A DNA stretch of 47,322 nucleotides from an uncultured Bacilli bacterium (GCA_947587115.1 CANPXY010000001.1:1-47322); one strand, 5' to 3'; positions 9,357 to 19,360 are shown, counted from the first letter of the stretch. Notes: generated from the sequence alone by a model not told the origin. Program-made: numbers and translations.

Positions 9357-10025
9357 TTATTTTTTTAATTCTTCTTCGATCCATTTAATTTCCCGACGAA
9401 GGAGATAATGACGACGCCAATATTTTTTAGGAAGCAATCGTTGATTGATCTTCTTTTTCTCGAGTTCACGATCGAAATAGACCTCAAATAATTTTGGACG
9501 TTCTTGTAACAGAAGTGGTCCAAAATAGATCTCGCGCTTCGAATATTTTTGCCTACCCTTTTCAAATTTCAAAAGATGATAGAGGATTTTGTGATCTTCC
9601 ACCAATTCCTCTTTCGTCAAATGATATCCTAAATGAGAGGCAATACTTCGAACAAGTGGAACATCGCTGTTCGGTGACAAAATTAACGTTTTTACACCAG
9701 CCAACAAATTTCGCTGGTTTTTTAATATGCCATAGATCGTTCGACCACCCATACCGGCAATGACGACCGTATCCGTCTGTGGAGTGATCGCCGCTAACCC
9801 ATTGCCTTCTTTAATTTCAATTTGATCCGTCATTTTCCAACTGGAGACATTTTCTCTTGCATGTTCCAAAGGTCCTTTGGCAATATCGGACGCAATCGGA
9901 TGAATATCTTGATCTCTTTGAATGAGATAAATGTCCAAAAGGGCATGATCACATCCGACATCGAGCACCCGACTGTGCTTAGGCACCAAGTCACCGACTG
10001 CTTGAATGCGCTTACTGATCTTCAT
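9357..10025 (-). CDS. trmK: tRNA (adenine22-N1)-methyltransferase
   Basis: VLDVGCDHALLDIYL...IASDIAKGPLEHARENV...IKEGNGL matches the TrmK/YqfN pattern. It lies immediately downstream of sigA, as in Bacilli. Confidence 0.85.
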   Translation of the reverse strand: MKISKRIQAVGDLVPKHSRVLDVGCDHALLDIYLIQRDQDIHPIASDIAKGPLEHARENVSSWKMTDQIEIKEGNGLAAITPQTDTVVIAGMGGRTIYGILKNQRNLLAGVKTLILSPNSDVPLVRSIASHLGYHLTKEELVEDHKILYHLLKFEKGRQKYSKREIYFGPLLLQERPKLFEVYFDRELEKKKINQRLLPKKYWRRHYLLRREIKWIEEELKK

Positions 10026-11113
10026 TAATCGGTCAAGAAATCCTTAAGTTTTCGAGAACGAGAAGGATGACGCAACTTGCGAAGTGCTTTGGCTTCAATT
10101 TGACGAATACGCTCTCTTGTAACACCAAAAATTTGGCCAACTTCTTCCAGTGTCCGACATTGTCCATCATCTAACCCAAAGCGAAGACGTAACACCCGCT
10201 CTTCACGATCGGTCAAAGTAAGCAAAACACCAGAAAGCTCTTCTTTTAACATCTCCACTGTCGCATACTCTTCCGGACTCATCGTTCGCTCATCACGAAT
10301 GAAATCGCCTAGATGGCTGTCCTCTTCCTCTCCGATCGGAGTCTCAAGTGAGACTGGATCTTGACTGATCTTATAGACCTCGCGAACTTTTTCGACCGAG
10401 ATATTAAGTTTTTTAGCAATTTCTTCATCGGTTGGCTCCCGATTTAACTCTTGGGTCAACTGACGTTGCACACGAGCAAGCTTGTTGATCGTCTCAACCA
10501 TATGAACAGGTACACGAATGGTACGTGCCTGATCGGCAATCGCTCTAGTGATGGCTTGACGAATCCACCAAGTCGCATAAGTCGAAAATTTATAACCCTT
10601 CGTTGGATCAAATTTATCGACAGCCTTCATCAGACCAATATTCCCTTCCTGAATCAAATCTAAGAACAACATGCCACGTCCTACATAACGTTTCGCAATC
10701 GATACGACCAAACGCAAATTCGATTCTGCAAGCATCCGTTTCGCATATTCGTCCCCTTGTTCCGCAAGACGCGCATACTCAAACTCTTCATCAGAAGTAA
10801 GCAAATTGATCCGTCCAATTTCTTTTAGATACATACGAACAGGATCGTTGATTTTGACATCTTTCGTAAGCGTTAGGTCCTCTACGTTTCCACCCGTTGG
10901 ATCCTCTTCATCATCCGCAACATTTCCATCTTCGGATACGATTTCAATCTGTTGCTCTACAAAACTATTATATAGATCATCTAGTGTATCACTATCAATT
11001 TCAAGCCCCTTTAATTCATCTGCCAACTGTTCATAAGTGATGAATCCTTGCTCCTTACCTAAAGCAATTAATTTACTTTTACGCTCTTCAAGCGTCTTAA
11101 TTTCTTCGACCAT
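10025..11113 (-). CDS. sigA: Primary RNA polymerase sigma factor (sigma-70/SigA)
   Basis: Regions 1.2-4.2 are recognisable: [19 protein letters not shown]-type, [79 protein letters not shown]. Confidence 0.97.
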   Translation of the reverse strand: MVEEIKTLEERKSKLIALGKEQGFITYEQLADELKGLEIDSDTLDDLYNSFVEQQIEIVSEDGNVADDEEDPTGGNVEDLTLTKDVKINDPVRMYLKEIGRINLLTSDEEFEYARLAEQGDEYAKRMLAESNLRLVVSIAKRYVGRGMLFLDLIQEGNIGLMKAVDKFDPTKGYKFSTYATWWIRQAITRAIADQARTIRVPVHMVETINKLARVQRQLTQELNREPTDEEIAKKLNISVEKVREVYKISQDPVSLETPIGEEEDSHLGDFIRDERTMSPEEYATVEMLKEELSGVLLTLTDREERVLRLRFGLDDGQCRTLEEVGQIFGVTRERIRQIEAKALRKLRHPSRSRKLKDFLTD

Positions 11114-11136
11114 GATTTCTTCAGCTCCTTATATCC

Positions 11137-12861
11137 TTAGTTCCCTATTCTTAACTTCCTTATGCGCTCCGCAATTTTTGCTTGTTCGAGTGGATCGACT
11201 TCTTTTTCCATCATACCCTGTAACCTTTTCATTTCTAGGTTCAAATTATACGCCCTTACCACTTTAAAATAATCAAAAATTGTATCTTTAGAAACCTCAT
11301 CTTCAAAAGATTGCGCTAAAATTTCATTGAATAGAGCCAACAGTTCTGTTTTATCTTGTAAATACGTATAAAAATCTGCAATTACAATTGTACCATATTT
11401 CTTATAATAATACGAGATCTCACTTGCTAAGAACCGACATTTCTCATCCGGAAAATACAACCCTTCTTTCTCATATTGATCGATCACAAAAGAATCTTGC
11501 AACATATAATAAAGAATCGCCATGATCGCCTTCTGATATTTATCATACTTTTTCTTTGCGGGCTTTTCCGGAATCTGAATCTTAGAAAGCGTTTTTTGCT
11601 CTTTAAACTCCTGAAATCTTTTTTCTAGGGTATTATAACCGATATCGAACTCTTTTGCAAGTGTTTTTAGCATAATTTCGACACGAATTGGATCCTCAAT
11701 TTTTCCCGCTTCCGCCAAAACTTGATTGATATAGTTGGCTTTTTCTTCATCACTTTTGAAGTTGACTTGATCTTTTAAAACTTTGATTTTATAATCACTA
11801 AAATGTAGAGCTTGATCGATGAGACTTTGAAAACGCTCTTTACCAAATTCTAAAATATAAGAATCAGGATCATAGTCATGATCGAGCGCAATCACTTTGG
11901 GCTCAATTCCAGCCTGCATCAAATGCTCTCCTACCGCAAGAGTCGCCTTCTTTCCTGGAGCATCGCCATCAAGACATAGAAGAATCGAAGGTGACAAGCG
12001 TTTTAAGAGTTGTACTTGATCATCGGTCATGGCCGTTCCCATCAAAGCAACCGTATTGCGAATACCGATGGTAGAAGCACGAATCACATCCATAAATCCT
12101 TCCATGACGATGACTTGTTTTTGCACTCTTGTCTCTTCTTTCGCAACGTGATAATGATAGAGGGTCAACCCCTTCTTAAAGATCGGCGTCTCTTTCGTAT
12201 TGAGATACTTATTCGCACCCGTTTTTTCGTAAATGCGACCAGAAAAACCGACAATCCGTCCAGCAACATCATAGAGTGGAAACATGATTCGATCAATAAA
12301 AGCATCGCGACGATCCGCGGACAAACCGATTTTATTGAGCGTCGTCAAAGAATAATTTTTCTGTGTGAGCAACTTGGTCAAATCATCACTATTCGCAAGC
12401 GAAAGACCAATTTCAAATTCTTTGATGACCTCTTCCCCCAACTGTCTAGAGGCAAGATAAGCACGCGCCTTTTTCCCTTGGCTCGTATTGATATTATTTT
12501 GAAAATATTTCGCACTTAAACGATAGATATCATACCATTCATCATAAGCACTGGACTGCTTTTTGACCTTGATATTGCTAAGAGGAACACCCACTCGATT
12601 GGCTAAAATTTCAAGAGCACTTCGAAAATCAATATGTTCATAATCCATCAAAAACTGAAAGACGTTTCCTGTCGCATGACACGAAAAGCAAGTGTAGATC
12701 TGCTTTTCTCTAGAGACACTCATCGATGGATTGGTATCATCGTGAAACGGACAGACTCCAAAAAAGTTCTTGCCCTTTTGAACAAGAGGTATCTTTTCTC
12801 CAATGACGTCGACGATATCTACTTTGCTTCGTACTTCTTGAATTACTCCGTTCTCTTGCAT
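11137..12861 (-). CDS. dnaG: DNA primase
   Basis: Zn-ribbon CPFHDDTNPSMSV...FSCHATGN plus a TOPRIM domain (VIVMEGFMDVI, LCLDGDAPGKKA). The ATG at 12861 (MQENGVIQ) follows GAGGAGGA. The track start at 12918 overlaps uvsE. Confidence 0.95.
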   Translation of the reverse strand: MQENGVIQEVRSKVDIVDVIGEKIPLVQKGKNFFGVCPFHDDTNPSMSVSREKQIYTCFSCHATGNVFQFLMDYEHIDFRSALEILANRVGVPLSNIKVKKQSSAYDEWYDIYRLSAKYFQNNINTSQGKKARAYLASRQLGEEVIKEFEIGLSLANSDDLTKLLTQKNYSLTTLNKIGLSADRRDAFIDRIMFPLYDVAGRIVGFSGRIYEKTGANKYLNTKETPIFKKGLTLYHYHVAKEETRVQKQVIVMEGFMDVIRASTIGIRNTVALMGTAMTDDQVQLLKRLSPSILLCLDGDAPGKKATLAVGEHLMQAGIEPKVIALDHDYDPDSYILEFGKERFQSLIDQALHFSDYKIKVLKDQVNFKSDEEKANYINQVLAEAGKIEDPIRVEIMLKTLAKEFDIGYNTLEKRFQEFKEQKTLSKIQIPEKPAKKKYDKYQKAIMAILYYMLQDSFVIDQYEKEGLYFPDEKCRFLASEISYYYKKYGTIVIADFYTYLQDKTELLALFNEILAQSFEDEVSKDTIFDYFKVVRAYNLNLEMKRLQGMMEKEVDPLEQAKIAERIRKLRIGN

Positions 12862-12874
12862 CGAATCCTCCTCT

Positions 12875-13828
12875 CTAGACAATAAACGTCGTCTGATCGA
12901 TGAACAAATAATCTTCAAGATAACGTAATTGTCTCACTAAATCAAATAAAGCTCGATCTTTTTCTTTCGCTTCCAACATGATATCGACATCCTGATCAAA
13001 AGGTTTAAGAACCTTCAAAAACGTAACAAAGGCCGCACCATCAATATACGCACTGTGACTACGAAACTCTTTTTTAGTCTTATTTTTAGGAGATGAAAAA
13101 TGAATTTTAGGTAACAATCCGGTCCCTTTCCAGGTATCAAATATCATTCTTAGATAATCTTCGATTTTTTCCCCCTTATTATTACACAAAAAATGATGAT
13201 AATCAAGTACCATTGGTACCTTTAACTCTTGACAGAGCTTCAAAACATCTAAAACATCAAATACTTTATCATCGTTTTCGATGACGATCCGGTGTTGAAT
13301 CGCGATCGGCAATTTATAAAACTGATCCTTAAATCGCTTGAGGGCCGCTTCTTTACCACCGGTAGAACTTCCCACATGCAAAATCAGCTTTCCTTGCGGA
13401 AGCGCAAGCATCGTAAGTAATTGATGATGGGCTTTAAGAATCCGAAAAGTATTTTCTACTACTTCCCCTCGCTCACTATTTAAGACCGCAAATTGATCGG
13501 GATGTAGATCTAGACGCAATCCAGCCTGATCAATCAAAGCTCCCAACTCCCGATAGAGCGTTTGATAAGGTCGATAATATGAAAAATGCACTTGCTCGTG
13601 CGTCACCAAAGGCAACAATTTAGAAGTGAGCCGATAAAAATGAATCTCGTTGCGCTGATTATACAAAAGCACCTTCTTTAAATCCGCAAGATTGGAACGA
13701 ATCAATGCATCCAATTTTTGCCGTTGTTCAACTTTCGATAATTTTTGATAATTCGTATAAGTAATGGTGCTAGAACAAGTGATATCAAGCGTCAAAGGAA
13801 TCGCTACATAACCAAGTCTTACTTTCAT
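12875..13828 (-). CDS. uvsE: UV damage endonuclease (UvdE/UvsE)
   Basis: MKVRLGYVAI...FYRLTSKLLPL...LDLHPDQF...LILHVGS...IENDDK...DYHH is typical of the UVDE TIM barrel. Preferred start is ATG 13828. Confidence 0.85.
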   Translation of the reverse strand: MKVRLGYVAIPLTLDITCSSTITYTNYQKLSKVEQRQKLDALIRSNLADLKKVLLYNQRNEIHFYRLTSKLLPLVTHEQVHFSYYRPYQTLYRELGALIDQAGLRLDLHPDQFAVLNSERGEVVENTFRILKAHHQLLTMLALPQGKLILHVGSSTGGKEAALKRFKDQFYKLPIAIQHRIVIENDDKVFDVLDVLKLCQELKVPMVLDYHHFLCNNKGEKIEDYLRMIFDTWKGTGLLPKIHFSSPKNKTKKEFRSHSAYIDGAAFVTFLKVLKPFDQDVDIMLEAKEKDRALFDLVRQLRYLEDYLFIDQTTFIV

Positions 13829-13919
13829 AAGATCACCATCTATAGTATCGGTCCAAAAAGAAAAAGCATACAAAAAAGCTCCTTGTTGCTGACACTTTTT
13901 GCTTTACTTTTTTGAAAAG

Positions 13920-14570
13920 TTATTCTGCCCTTGCCTTTTTTAGCCATTGGACTAGTCCATAGACATTGATCAATAAATATCCAATGGACACCAATAACAT
14001 CATGACGGCATTGGGACTTTGGTGGATCACATTGATGATCCATATCGATAAATCAATCGTATTATTAAATAACCATACCCACCAACACTCTTGAAATCTT
14101 AAATTCATAAGGATGATCCCACACAGATTAATGATGTTACTACTAGAATCTAAGAACGCTAATTGCTGATTTGGTATTTTAGTTAAGAATAGTCCTAAAA
14201 GGATGCTCCCTAAGATACAACTACCAACGATCATGATAGAATTTTTTAAAGTAAACTTTCTAATATTTACTTCATGACGAGCATCTTTTTTCTTGAGCCA
14301 ACTAATATATCCTTGAACTTGTAAAGGAAAATAGACAAATAATGATAAAATGGCAATACCGTATAATCCATTGATATAGCTAACATAAGCGCTTAATACA
14401 CAATATAGAGCCCCAAATATATAGTTGTAAGTTTTGCCAATACTAGCATAATAAGCATTTAAAATCCCACAGATAAGGATGGCTGTACCCAAATAATAAT
14501 CTTTGGAAATTATTCCACAAATAATAGAAAAGAAGATGATCAAAATCGTATAGATTTTATTTTTATTCAT
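13920..14570 (-). CDS. pnuC: Nicotinamide riboside transporter PnuC family
   Basis: About 7 TM helices, with the characteristic W-rich segment QECWWVWLFNNTIDLSIW. The ATG at 14570 overlaps the upstream stop by 8 nt (ATGAATAA). Confidence 0.8.
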   Translation of the reverse strand: MNKNKIYTILIIFFSIICGIISKDYYLGTAILICGILNAYYASIGKTYNYIFGALYCVLSAYVSYINGLYGIAILSLFVYFPLQVQGYISWLKKKDARHEVNIRKFTLKNSIMIVGSCILGSILLGLFLTKIPNQQLAFLDSSSNIINLCGIILMNLRFQECWWVWLFNNTIDLSIWIINVIHQSPNAVMMLLVSIGYLLINVYGLVQWLKKARAE

Positions 14571-15102
14571 AAGGATCACCAAATCTATAAGAGACGAATT
14601 CACAATTATCTTGCCGAAATTTGTGAATATCTTGAGTATGAGGATGAAAATACAAATAGATCGCTTTACATACATCCCCATGTGTAATGATCAAAACATT
14701 TTGATCTTGGTAATTATTTTTGATCTCTTCTAATATAGAATGAACTCGATTGATAATACTTTGAAAGCCTTCGGCATCTTCATATACAACATTCTTTGTT
14801 GGATCATACCAAAGATCTTTATTTAATAACTGAACAGCCCTACCAACCATGCTGTTGGCATTCCGCTCTTTGATTCGATCATCATAGATGACAGGAACAT
14901 TTTTGATGTTTAAATAATCATAAGTTTGTTTTGTCCTTAATAAGGGAGAACAGAAGATAACATCAAACGGAATATTTTTAAGGTCTTGTCCAACAGCAAT
15001 GGCTTGCTTTATTCCTACTTCACTTAAATGCTCTTCATTCCAGCCATTTATTTGTTTTTTAACATTCGTATCCACTTGTCCATGTCTTAGTACGTACAAC
15101 AT
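14563..15102 (-). CDS. Histidine phosphatase (phosphoglycerate-mutase-like) family protein
   Basis: N-terminal LYVLRHGQ (RHG motif) and a distal ITHGDV histidine. Confidence 0.8.
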   Translation of the reverse strand: MLYVLRHGQVDTNVKKQINGWNEEHLSEVGIKQAIAVGQDLKNIPFDVIFCSPLLRTKQTYDYLNIKNVPVIYDDRIKERNANSMVGRAVQLLNKDLWYDPTKNVVYEDAEGFQSIINRVHSILEEIKNNYQDQNVLIITHGDVCKAIYLYFHPHTQDIHKFRQDNCEFVSYRFGDPYE

Positions 15103-15183
15103 TTTACGGATTTCCTTTCAATCGTTCGATCATATTTTTAAATTCATGTAATAAATTATAGAGCGAATCACTATTATCTAATT

Positions 15184-15732
15184 TTACTCCTCACAAAAAT
15201 ACTCTTTTACCAGTTCATTAAATCGATCTAATAATACATTACTAGATATTTTCTCATTAAAGATTTTTTGTAATTCTAAATAATAGTTTTTAAAATTCTC
15301 ATAACTATCTGCTTCAGTAATTAATGCGTTTTTGCCATTCTTTAAATACAAGTCATAATCAGAAACTAAATTTTGTAATTTACCAGCAACCTCTACTAAT
15401 AAAACATTTTTATCTGCATTTTTTAATTGTGAAACAAAGTTCGCTTTCCTTTCCGCGTAATCTTTAATGCTCTGATCTTCAGATAAAATACGTACCCCAT
15501 CAGCAATCTTTTTTCCATATTTATTTAGTAAGTCATCATAGGTATATTTTGTATCTTCAATAACGTCATGAAGATATCCTATATAAACGGTATCTTCATC
15601 ACAAGAGACATTTTTCAACATAATACCAACCATAATACTATGGAACACCATATCAATATCTTCCTTTTTTCTTTTTAAACCATTGAACGCAACGAACAAA
15701 AAATGAATAATTTCTTCCTCTTTAGTATACAT
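15184..15732 (-). CDS. HD-domain hydrolase of the RelA/SpoT (Mesh1 / small alarmone hydrolase) type
   Basis: FHSIMVGIML...IGYLHDVIEDT...GVRILSED matches the SpoT hydrolase HD...HDxxED signature. It is single-domain at 182 aa. Confidence 0.7.
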   Translation of the reverse strand: MYTKEEEIIHFLFVAFNGLKRKKEDIDMVFHSIMVGIMLKNVSCDEDTVYIGYLHDVIEDTKYTYDDLLNKYGKKIADGVRILSEDQSIKDYAERKANFVSQLKNADKNVLLVEVAGKLQNLVSDYDLYLKNGKNALITEADSYENFKNYYLELQKIFNEKISSNVLLDRFNELVKEYFCEE

Positions 15733-15742
15733 ATTACACCCC

Positions 15743-16318
15743 CTAAATTTTATTAATTAATACACACTCACGATTATTAATTGCACCTAATGAAAAATCT
15801 TTTTGACTTTCTGAAAAAAGTCTTTTTAATGATACTTTTCTATTATGCGTAAAAGGTTTATTTAAAATAATCTTTACTTCTCTATCTTTATCATACTCCC
15901 TCTTATCTAAATAATATGGATCAAATATATAAGCATAATTTTTGTTAACTCTTGTTATTATTACATAATGCTCGCATAATTGCCAACACCTTATGAAAAC
16001 ACAACCATTATGATCAAGACATTTTTTTATATTTTCTAGATTTACTTCTTCTTTTTCTAATCTTTCGCATTTAACATTAAAATTTTTAGAATTCGCATAT
16101 CTAGTTATCCAATGAGTAAGTTTATTTATAGCTTCCTTACTTGTTCCACCTTGACCTAAATTTCCTTTTTCATCATAACAATCAAGTGTATATTTATGAA
16201 TAGCTTTAATAAGCTCTGCTGGTATTTCTTTTCTTTCAAATAAATAACTAAAAGCATTTTGTAAAGAAACAGTACCACAATCAAATTCGGTAATTTGAAA
16301 TCTTAAAGGCGTTTTCAT
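15743..16318 (-). CDS. Cytoplasmic papain-like cysteine peptidase, C39-like domain
   Basis: QITEFDCGTVSLQNAFSYL (Q...C), EHYVIITRV (H) and IFDPYY (D), in C39 order. No signal peptide. Confidence 0.55.
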   Translation of the reverse strand: MKTPLRFQITEFDCGTVSLQNAFSYLFERKEIPAELIKAIHKYTLDCYDEKGNLGQGGTSKEAINKLTHWITRYANSKNFNVKCERLEKEEVNLENIKKCLDHNGCVFIRCWQLCEHYVIITRVNKNYAYIFDPYYLDKREYDKDREVKIILNKPFTHNRKVSLKRLFSESQKDFSLGAINNRECVLINKI

Positions 16319-16503
16319 TCTATCACCCCATTTATTACATTATCTTGTCCAATCAATCTTTTTAAATTGTTTATAAACTGAGTAACTACATCATCATATT
16401 TTTGTGATTTTACTAAGTCATCGATCTTTTTTAAGACGTGCCTTGTATTTTCGTTCACAAAATCATTTTGAACATCAATTACCAATAAAAGACTTTGCTC
16501 CAT
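16315..16503 (-). CDS. 62-aa isochorismatase/nicotinamidase-family N-terminal stub (truncated or remnant)
   Basis: MEQSLLLVIDVQNDFVNE is the family's beta1 motif (lLvIDvQnDF). The ORF ends after about 60 aa, before the catalytic Lys and Cys. A strong GGAGG SD precedes ATG 16503. An ATGA overlap couples it to the peptidase gene. Confidence 0.5.
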   Translation of the reverse strand: MEQSLLLVIDVQNDFVNENTRHVLKKIDDLVKSQKYDDVVTQFINNLKRLIGQDNVINGVIE

Positions 16504-16543
16504 CGCTTTCCTCCAATAAAGATTCCGATCTTGATTTAATATA

Positions 16544-16571
16544 ATTATATCAAAATTAGCCATCAATTCAA
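16544..16571 (-). promoter_or_regulatory. Sigma-A promoter for the stub-peptidase-HD operon
   Basis: Minus strand reads TTGAAT-16 nt-tgaTATAAT (extended -10 TGn), just downstream of the rnj terminator. Confidence 0.55.
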
Positions 16572-16589
16572 AATATTTATAAATTTTTG

Positions 16590-16613
16590 TAAAAAAAGAA
16601 GGAATTGCTTCCT
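16590..16613 (-). terminator. Rho-independent terminator of rnj
   Basis: Minus strand: agaaggaa-gcaa-ttccttct followed by a T run. Confidence 0.7.
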
Positions 16614-16614
16614 T

Positions 16615-18267
16615 CTATACTTCTTGAATAACCGTAATGATCATGGGCTTACATTCTGTTTCTTTATAGAAAAATTTTCCTAATTTTTCTCTTACTTCCA
16701 TTTTGATTTTTGTATAGTCAATTCGCTTCGTATCTTCTTCTACATGTTCTTGAATGATGGCCTGGGCGATCTGTTTGGTTTCTTCTAACAAATCTTGATT
16801 ATCTCTCACAAAAATAAACCCACGTGTCAAGATCTCAGGACCTGCCAAAATCTGTTTTGTTGCGCGATCGAGCGTACAACTCAAAATAACGATCCCATTT
16901 TCGCCCAACATCTCACGATCTTTCAATACTAAGTCTCCGATATCTCCTTGGCTCTTACCATCGATTAGAATCTCATCCACTTCAACATGTTCGAGTGTAT
17001 CCGTTAAAACTCCATCGACAAATTCTGCCACATCGCCATTTTGCTTAAGCAAAATACGTTCCTTAGGAATTCCCAACTCTTCCGCAATCGCAGCATTGGC
17101 ATATTGATGACGGTATTCACCTTTCACTGGAAAATAATATTTTGGATTCATCAAGTTGATCATCAACATCAAATCTTCACGGGAAGCATGATGAAGCAAA
17201 TGCTTCTTACTGGATAAGGACACCGCATTGACATTCATCTTGGCAATTTCATCCATGACAACTGCCAAACGCTTTTCGATTCCTTCATAAGGGGGCTCCG
17301 TAATGAAGATGGTATCCGTCTCTTTTAACTTGATATATTTATCAAAACCTTTCATAATTCTCTCAAGGTTCGCAAAAGGTTTCTGTTTCTCATCTGAAAT
17401 CAACACAACGACGTCCTTGTCATTTAAATTAGATAGATCCCCAATACGATCAGTATCGATCATAAGATAGTGCATTGAAATCGCTTTCCCGATGGTCTCT
17501 TGTAACATTTTTCCCATGATGACAATCTTGCGATGGGTCTTGCTCACTTCGTTAAAGATCTCTTGAATCCGATAAATGTGCGCTGGAAAAACGGTGGCAA
17601 TAATTCGATTTTCATTTTTCGCAAGAATATCACGAATAAACTCGGAAACACGATTATTTGGACTCGTATGTCCCAAATGCTCTGCATACATCGATTCAGA
17701 TAGTAGACAAAGCACTCCTTGTTTTCCGACATAAGCAAGTTTTCCAATATCCGTCTTATAATTGCCCATCATCGTCGAATCAAAAACAAAATCTCCAGTA
17801 TAGACGATCGCTCCATCTTCCGTATACAATACATAACATACTGCATCAGGAATGGAATGCGTCACACCGATTGGAAAAATGGACAAATTTCCAAATTCCA
17901 ACTTGCTGTGTGGTCGAATTTCCTTTAAGTTGGCCGTCTTTAATTGTTCTTCTGATAAATCTTGTTTTAACATTTCCATCGTAAATTTAGTCGCATAGAC
18001 CGGAACCTTTGGAAGTTCCATCAAAATATCTGGAACGGCCCCAATATTACTGTCATGTCCATGTGTCAAAAAAATTCCTTTAATATGTTCTTGATTTTGA
18101 ATTAAATAGTCAAAGTTAGGAATGATATAATCAATTCCAAGAGTTCTCTCATTGTCATATTTAAGTCCTGCATCAAACACAAAAAGGTCTTGGTCGACTT
18201 CAACGATATACATATTTTTACCATTTTCGTTCAGTCCACCCAAACTAAATATTTTAATTTTACTCAT
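16615..18267 (-). CDS. rnj: Ribonuclease J (metallo-beta-lactamase / beta-CASP) with a degenerate motif II (HGHDSN)
   Basis: 550 aa. KIFSLGGLNENGKNMY, THGHDSNIG, THSIPDA, YTGDF and HHASRED are in RNase J order. Motif II lacks the Asp-His pair of HxHxDH. Confidence 0.88.
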   Translation of the reverse strand: MSKIKIFSLGGLNENGKNMYIVEVDQDLFVFDAGLKYDNERTLGIDYIIPNFDYLIQNQEHIKGIFLTHGHDSNIGAVPDILMELPKVPVYATKFTMEMLKQDLSEEQLKTANLKEIRPHSKLEFGNLSIFPIGVTHSIPDAVCYVLYTEDGAIVYTGDFVFDSTMMGNYKTDIGKLAYVGKQGVLCLLSESMYAEHLGHTSPNNRVSEFIRDILAKNENRIIATVFPAHIYRIQEIFNEVSKTHRKIVIMGKMLQETIGKAISMHYLMIDTDRIGDLSNLNDKDVVVLISDEKQKPFANLERIMKGFDKYIKLKETDTIFITEPPYEGIEKRLAVVMDEIAKMNVNAVSLSSKKHLLHHASREDLMLMINLMNPKYYFPVKGEYRHQYANAAIAEELGIPKERILLKQNGDVAEFVDGVLTDTLEHVEVDEILIDGKSQGDIGDLVLKDREMLGENGIVILSCTLDRATKQILAGPEILTRGFIFVRDNQDLLEETKQIAQAIIQEHVEEDTKRIDYTKIKMEVREKLGKFFYKETECKPMIITVIQEV

Positions 18268-18354
18268 GAATTTGCTCCTTTCTTTTTATATAGAAGTAAA
18301 AGACCAGTACATTATATCAAATTTTTAAAATAATTTCAACAAAATATATAAGAA

Positions 18355-19038
18355 CTATACGTGTTCTTGGGTACTCTTAGCAAGTTTTTGAAGTGCATCT
18401 TTCGCAGCTTCCTGTTCCGCTTCTTTTTTGCTGCCAGAAGTACCGATTCCAAAGACCAAATGATCGATCATGACATGGATCGTAAAACGCTTATTATGGG
18501 CAGGTCCCGTCTCTTCCACCAATTCGTAATGTACACTTTTTTGATTGGTCTGTACATATTCTTGAAGGGCAGATTTATAATCACTGAAGAAGGTAATTTG
18601 AGGATCTTCAATATAAGGTACAACAATCGAAAGAACTACTTTTCTGGCAGTAGCGTATCCTAAGTCAATATAGATGGCTCCAATCAGTGCTTCAAAAATA
18701 TCGGCTAAGATCGGTTTCCTATACTTGCCCCCTGCACTCTGCTCTCCATGACCTACTTTAATATAATTAAAAAGTTCCAGTTGCATCGCATATTCATAAA
18801 GAGCATTTTCACAGACATAACTAGCTCTTAACTTCGTCATTTCTCCTTCGTCCGCATCCATATTAGAATATAGATAATCCGCCACGATCAAATCCAAGAC
18901 AGCATCACCCAAAAACTCCAATCGTTCATAATCTTGCTTTTGTCGATGTTCATTGACATAAGAAGAATGGGAGACCGCCCGTTGATAAAGTTCCTTAGAT
19001 TTAGGCTTGATTCCCAATTTTTTAAATAATGTTTCCAT
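18355..19038 (-). CDS. rnc: Ribonuclease III
   Basis: Signature ERLEFLGDAVLDL plus a C-terminal dsRBD (GPAHNKRFTI...GSGSSKKEAEQEAAKDAL). Confidence 0.95.
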   Translation of the reverse strand: METLFKKLGIKPKSKELYQRAVSHSSYVNEHRQKQDYERLEFLGDAVLDLIVADYLYSNMDADEGEMTKLRASYVCENALYEYAMQLELFNYIKVGHGEQSAGGKYRKPILADIFEALIGAIYIDLGYATARKVVLSIVVPYIEDPQITFFSDYKSALQEYVQTNQKSVHYELVEETGPAHNKRFTIHVMIDHLVFGIGTSGSKKEAEQEAAKDALQKLAKSTQEHV

Positions 19039-19135
19039 GATATCACCATGATCATTATATCAAATTTTCATTTTTTCGCATAGTAGAAGTTGAAAGAAAC
19101 AACTTTTTATAGTAAAATAAAACTACGGTGATTAC

Positions 19136-19360
19136 ATGAAACAAGGTATGATATGGCTGATTCAACTTTATCAAAAAGTGCCCACAAGATGGCATTTATA
19201 TTGTCGACATGTGCCCACCTGTTCAGAATACGCTATTACAGCTTTAGAAGAATATGGTTGCATCAAAGGAAGCTTCTTGGCCATCAGACGCATTTTACAT
19301 TGTAACCCCTTTACTCACGGTGGCTATGATCCAGTTCCTAAAAACCCAAAAAGGAGATAA
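19136..19360 (+). CDS. yidD: Membrane protein insertion efficiency factor YidD
   Basis: [11 protein letters not shown]...[18 protein letters not shown] is the YidD signature. Confidence 0.9.
   Translation: MKQGMIWLIQLYQKVPTRWHLYCRHVPTCSEYAITALEEYGCIKGSFLAIRRILHCNPFTHGGYDPVPKNPKRR

Noticed and set aside
13840-14043. 67-aa minus-strand ORF bridging the pnuC 3' end and the uvsE 5' region, and N-terminal extensions of uvsE (13873), dnaG (12918) and pnuC (14681)
   Set aside because: The internal ATGs with SD sequences give canonical N-termini and remove implausible gene overlaps.
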